Shown here: positions 61,161 through 64,000 of the stretch, piece by piece
Layout of the letters: each line of letters begins with the position of its first letter
Numbering within the stretch: the first letter of the stretch is position 1
Virus record (IMG/VR): IMGVR_UViG_3300027801_000019
Location: 3,617-67,616 of that record
DNA length: 64,000 nt
Origin: a virus
Strand: one strand, 5' to 3'
Translations under genes and position numbers: made by a program
The notes under the pieces: generated by a model
Told to the model about the DNA's origin: nothing
Seen by the model: the letters and a program-made list of their open reading frames with translations, nothing else
The model's database searches: none

Positions 61161-63413
61161 GTGATAATAGAGCGTAGTGGCAACCGGAATGTCTTGATAA
61201 GGCATAGAGATGAACAGGGTCTGCGAAAAGAAACTGTTATCAAGAACATTAAACCCTATGGTTTCTTACTTGATGATGATGCACAATTTATACCAGCACT
61301 TGCTAAGGAAGAAGGTTATCATGGTGTATATGGAGAATCACTTACTAAGGTTATTATGGCCGACCCGAATGATGTATCGGAACTTAAGAATCGGTTTGAT
61401 AAAACATGGGAATGCAATATCCCTTGGAGCAACCGTTGTCTGTCAGAACATATCAAGACCAATCCCCCTATTCCTAATTATGAGCATCGTATCTGGTATT
61501 TAGATATGGAGTGGACTATTAACACTGAGCAAATAACAGTAATCAGTGTCTATGATTCTTTTAAGGAACAAATGTGGACTTGGGCTGTTCACCCAGAAAA
61601 CTCGTATTCCGGTAGCATAGATACATTACATTTCTTAAATCATCCCTATGGTGATACATCAAAGAAACTTCTCGGAGCACCAATAATAGTTTTCAAAAGT
61701 GAGCGTGAAATGTTACTTCATTTTACAGAACAAATGAAAAAGTGTGACCCTGATATTATTACCGGCTGGAATGTAGTTAATGCAGATTGTCGAGTATTGG
61801 TTGAAAGGTGTCAGGCAAACGGCATAGACCCAAAGGTAATGTGTGGTGGCTCATCAAGGTCAATTAGATATAATTTTACTGATTGGGCTCAGCCTATTGG
61901 TGGGAGAATGGTGGTTGATTTAATGCTTGCTGTGTGTAACCTATGGCAATTGAAGAATGGGGCGTTGCCCAATAAAAAACTTGATACCGTAGCAGAAATA
62001 ATATTGAATGATAAGAAACTTCCATTGGCAGACGGACATGATACATATTATACTGACTTCCATACATACATTGATTACAACATTCAAGATGTTGATTTGT
62101 TACCAAGACTAAATAAAACTATGAATGCAATTAATCACTACCTTGCTATTCAACATATTGTTCAGTGTGATATACAGACCACACCATATGTTACTCGTGT
62201 ATTTACTTGTCTAACTATTAATGACCCTGAGGTTAAGTTCCGAATACCAACAAAGCCACAATTCGCTAAAGAAGAATATGAGGGTGCTGATATAATGACC
62301 CCAGAAAGGGGTGTGTATAATTCTGGTGTTGCCATCATGGATATTAAGGCTATGTATCACTCAAATGCGGCACTGCATAACATTTCATGGGAGACACTTG
62401 AAGAAACCGGTGTGGATTGTGGCAATGGTTCATGCTTCCATCATCTCCATAAAGGTCATTTAGTTAGACAGATGGATAGGATGACTGAACTTAGGAATGA
62501 ATATAAAGCACTTATGAAATCGGCAAAAACCGATGATGAGAAGGCTATGTATGATGCTATGCAATATGCGACTAAATCACTCGTTGCGTCTATGTATGGT
62601 GCAGCCGGTGATGCTAAGTATGGTTTGTATCACCCAAAGGTAGCGGCGGCAATTACTTATACTTCCCGACAAACATTATTCCGTTTGCGTGAGGAATGTG
62701 AAATACGAGATATGAAAGTTATCTATGGGCATACCGACTCAGTGTTCGTTTTATGTGATACACCAGAATTAGGACAAATGCACATTGTTAGTATCAATGA
62801 AGATATGCACCCAATAGAAACTGAGTTTGAAAAGTGGTGTCCGTCAGTTCTCATCATGGCTAAGAATCGCTATGCAGGTTTGACTAAATGGACAGATGGG
62901 GAATACCATGAAGAAAAGCTCTATGTTAAGGGTATTGAATTGAAACAAAATAGGCTTCCACCTCTAATGAAGAAAGTTATGAGTCATGTGATTTATGGTT
63001 TATTGGAAGGTCGTTCCGAACCTGAAATTAGTAAAGTCATTGAAGATATGATTACCGATGTGGTATCTAAGAAAGTTAATCCATTAGAATTGTGTATATC
63101 AGCAAGGCTACAAAAGAATCTTGAAGACTACACCGTATTAGGTGAATCCCGAAGAGGTGCGGCGTGGGCTAATCGGGTTCTCGGCAAAGGTTATCGTAAG
63201 GGTGATTCCTTTTTATCCACCCTTTCAACACAAGGAGAATACATAGCATTTGATGACCCATCAGAGATTGAAGGAATATGTGAAATTGGGTATAAACATT
63301 TAGCCGAGCGATTCATTGTCAACAAAGTTAAACCATACTTTGAGGCCGTTGGATATGATACACAAATACTAATCAATGCTCTAAATGGTGTTTCAGGTTT
63401 AGAATGGCTTTAA
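61161..63413 (+). CDS. polB: Family B DNA polymerase
   Basis: ExoI YLDME, ExoII GWN..D, ExoIII YNIQDV; polymerase DIKAMYHS, KSLVASMYG, YGHTDS, KNRYAG. Confidence 0.95.
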   Translation: MIIERSGNRNVLIRHRDEQGLRKETVIKNIKPYGFLLDDDAQFIPALAKEEGYHGVYGESLTKVIMADPNDVSELKNRFDKTWECNIPWSNRCLSEHIKTNPPIPNYEHRIWYLDMEWTINTEQITVISVYDSFKEQMWTWAVHPENSYSGSIDTLHFLNHPYGDTSKKLLGAPIIVFKSEREMLLHFTEQMKKCDPDIITGWNVVNADCRVLVERCQANGIDPKVMCGGSSRSIRYNFTDWAQPIGGRMVVDLMLAVCNLWQLKNGALPNKKLDTVAEIILNDKKLPLADGHDTYYTDFHTYIDYNIQDVDLLPRLNKTMNAINHYLAIQHIVQCDIQTTPYVTRVFTCLTINDPEVKFRIPTKPQFAKEEYEGADIMTPERGVYNSGVAIMDIKAMYHSNAALHNISWETLEETGVDCGNGSCFHHLHKGHLVRQMDRMTELRNEYKALMKSAKTDDEKAMYDAMQYATKSLVASMYGAAGDAKYGLYHPKVAAAITYTSRQTLFRLREECEIRDMKVIYGHTDSVFVLCDTPELGQMHIVSINEDMHPIETEFEKWCPSVLIMAKNRYAGLTKWTDGEYHEEKLYVKGIELKQNRLPPLMKKVMSHVIYGLLEGRSEPEISKVIEDMITDVVSKKVNPLELCISARLQKNLEDYTVLGESRRGAAWANRVLGKGYRKGDSFLSTLSTQGEYIAFDDPSEIEGICEIGYKHLAERFIVNKVKPYFEAVGYDTQILINALNGVSGLEWL

Positions 63414-63460
63414 GGTGAACATTCGTTATGTTTATATACTTTGGGTGTGTAGTGTATAAT

Positions 63461-64000
63461 ATGGCGAATCCCCGTTTAACATACAACCCAGCAGATACTG
63501 ATGACAAAACCTCTTTGAAGATTAGTAAATCCTCATTTGTTCTATACAATATGTGTCCTCGTAAGTATTGGTGGAATTATATCGCATTACCAGATGTTCG
63601 CCCACCACCCTCCGAAGCAATGCTTAGAGGAAGTGCAATTCACAAAGCAATGGAGCCTCTAATTGTAGCACCGAGTGACCCGAAGGCAATTAAAGCGGGT
63701 GATAAGTCTGCAACCAAACAAGGTTTTGGTAATGATATTGGTTATGGAGTTATGAAGGATTTGCTTGCCGATTTAGAATCTAAAGTCGGTAAGTGGGAAA
63801 TGCTTCAAGCAGAAATCAAAATCACTATCCATGATGAGCGAATGGGAGTCTATCTTGTTGGTGCTATGGATGGTTTGATAAGAACTGAAAGCGGTGATGT
63901 TATACTTGTTGAATTAAAAACAGGTAACTTTAATGACGGCAAATTATCTCGCACCCGAAGGGAATTAGCATTCTATACTTATATGTTGGAACATACTGAA
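63461..64000 (+). CDS. PD-(D/E)XK (Cas4/RecB-like) nuclease, truncated at window edge
   Basis: Hand-translated ISKSS..CPRKYW..RGSAIH..GAMDG..VELKTG..ELAFY. Confidence 0.85.
   Translation, partial: MANPRLTYNPADTDDKTSLKISKSSFVLYNMCPRKYWWNYIALPDVRPPPSEAMLRGSAIHKAMEPLIVAPSDPKAIKAGDKSATKQGFGNDIGYGVMKDLLADLESKVGKWEMLQAEIKITIHDERMGVYLVGAMDGLIRTESGDVILVELKTGNFNDGKLSRTRRELAFYTYMLEHTE

Larger units (their letters stand above)
47104..63438 (+). promoter_or_regulatory. Repeated archaeal TATA promoter TATGTTTATAT
   Basis: TTTATAT starts at 47110, 51358, 53768, 59778, 61130 and 63431, each 29-31 nt before a start codon. Confidence 0.85.

Noticed and set aside
25924-63413. Inteins, introns or a diversity-generating retroelement
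   Set aside because: TerL, MCM-like and PolB motifs are contiguous at normal or short length; no reverse transcriptase seen
63461-64000. CRISPR-associated cas4
   Set aside because: Stand-alone PD-(D/E)XK nuclease in a replication module, common in archaeal viruses

Overview
The window is about 64 kb of a tailed dsDNA virus genome of archaeal type, most likely a Marine Group II (Poseidoniales) 'magrovirus'-like siphovirus; the host call is inferred, not from a database search. (i) 1-24044, minus strand: morphogenesis operon with portal, protease/scaffold, HK97-type capsid, neck proteins, tail tube, frameshifted tail chaperones, tape measure and a >2000-aa tail protein running off the left edge. 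(ii) 24.3-27.4 kb: metallophosphoesterase and terminase large subunit. (iii) 27.6-35.6 kb: an unusual cassette region with stretches lacking CAG/CTG/GAG/CTC, a polar bipartite repeat with 21-bp spacing, three paralogous helical proteins and candidate structured RNAs. (iv) 35.7-54.6 kb: dense small early genes (many Zn-finger-like), ArdC and an MCM-like helicase. (v) 54.6-64 kb: archaeal-type replication module (RFC, RPA-like, ATPase, PCNA, PolB, PD-(D/E)XK nuclease) with an embedded PLP enzyme and methyltransferase, suggesting DNA modification. All calls come from motif recognition by eye.
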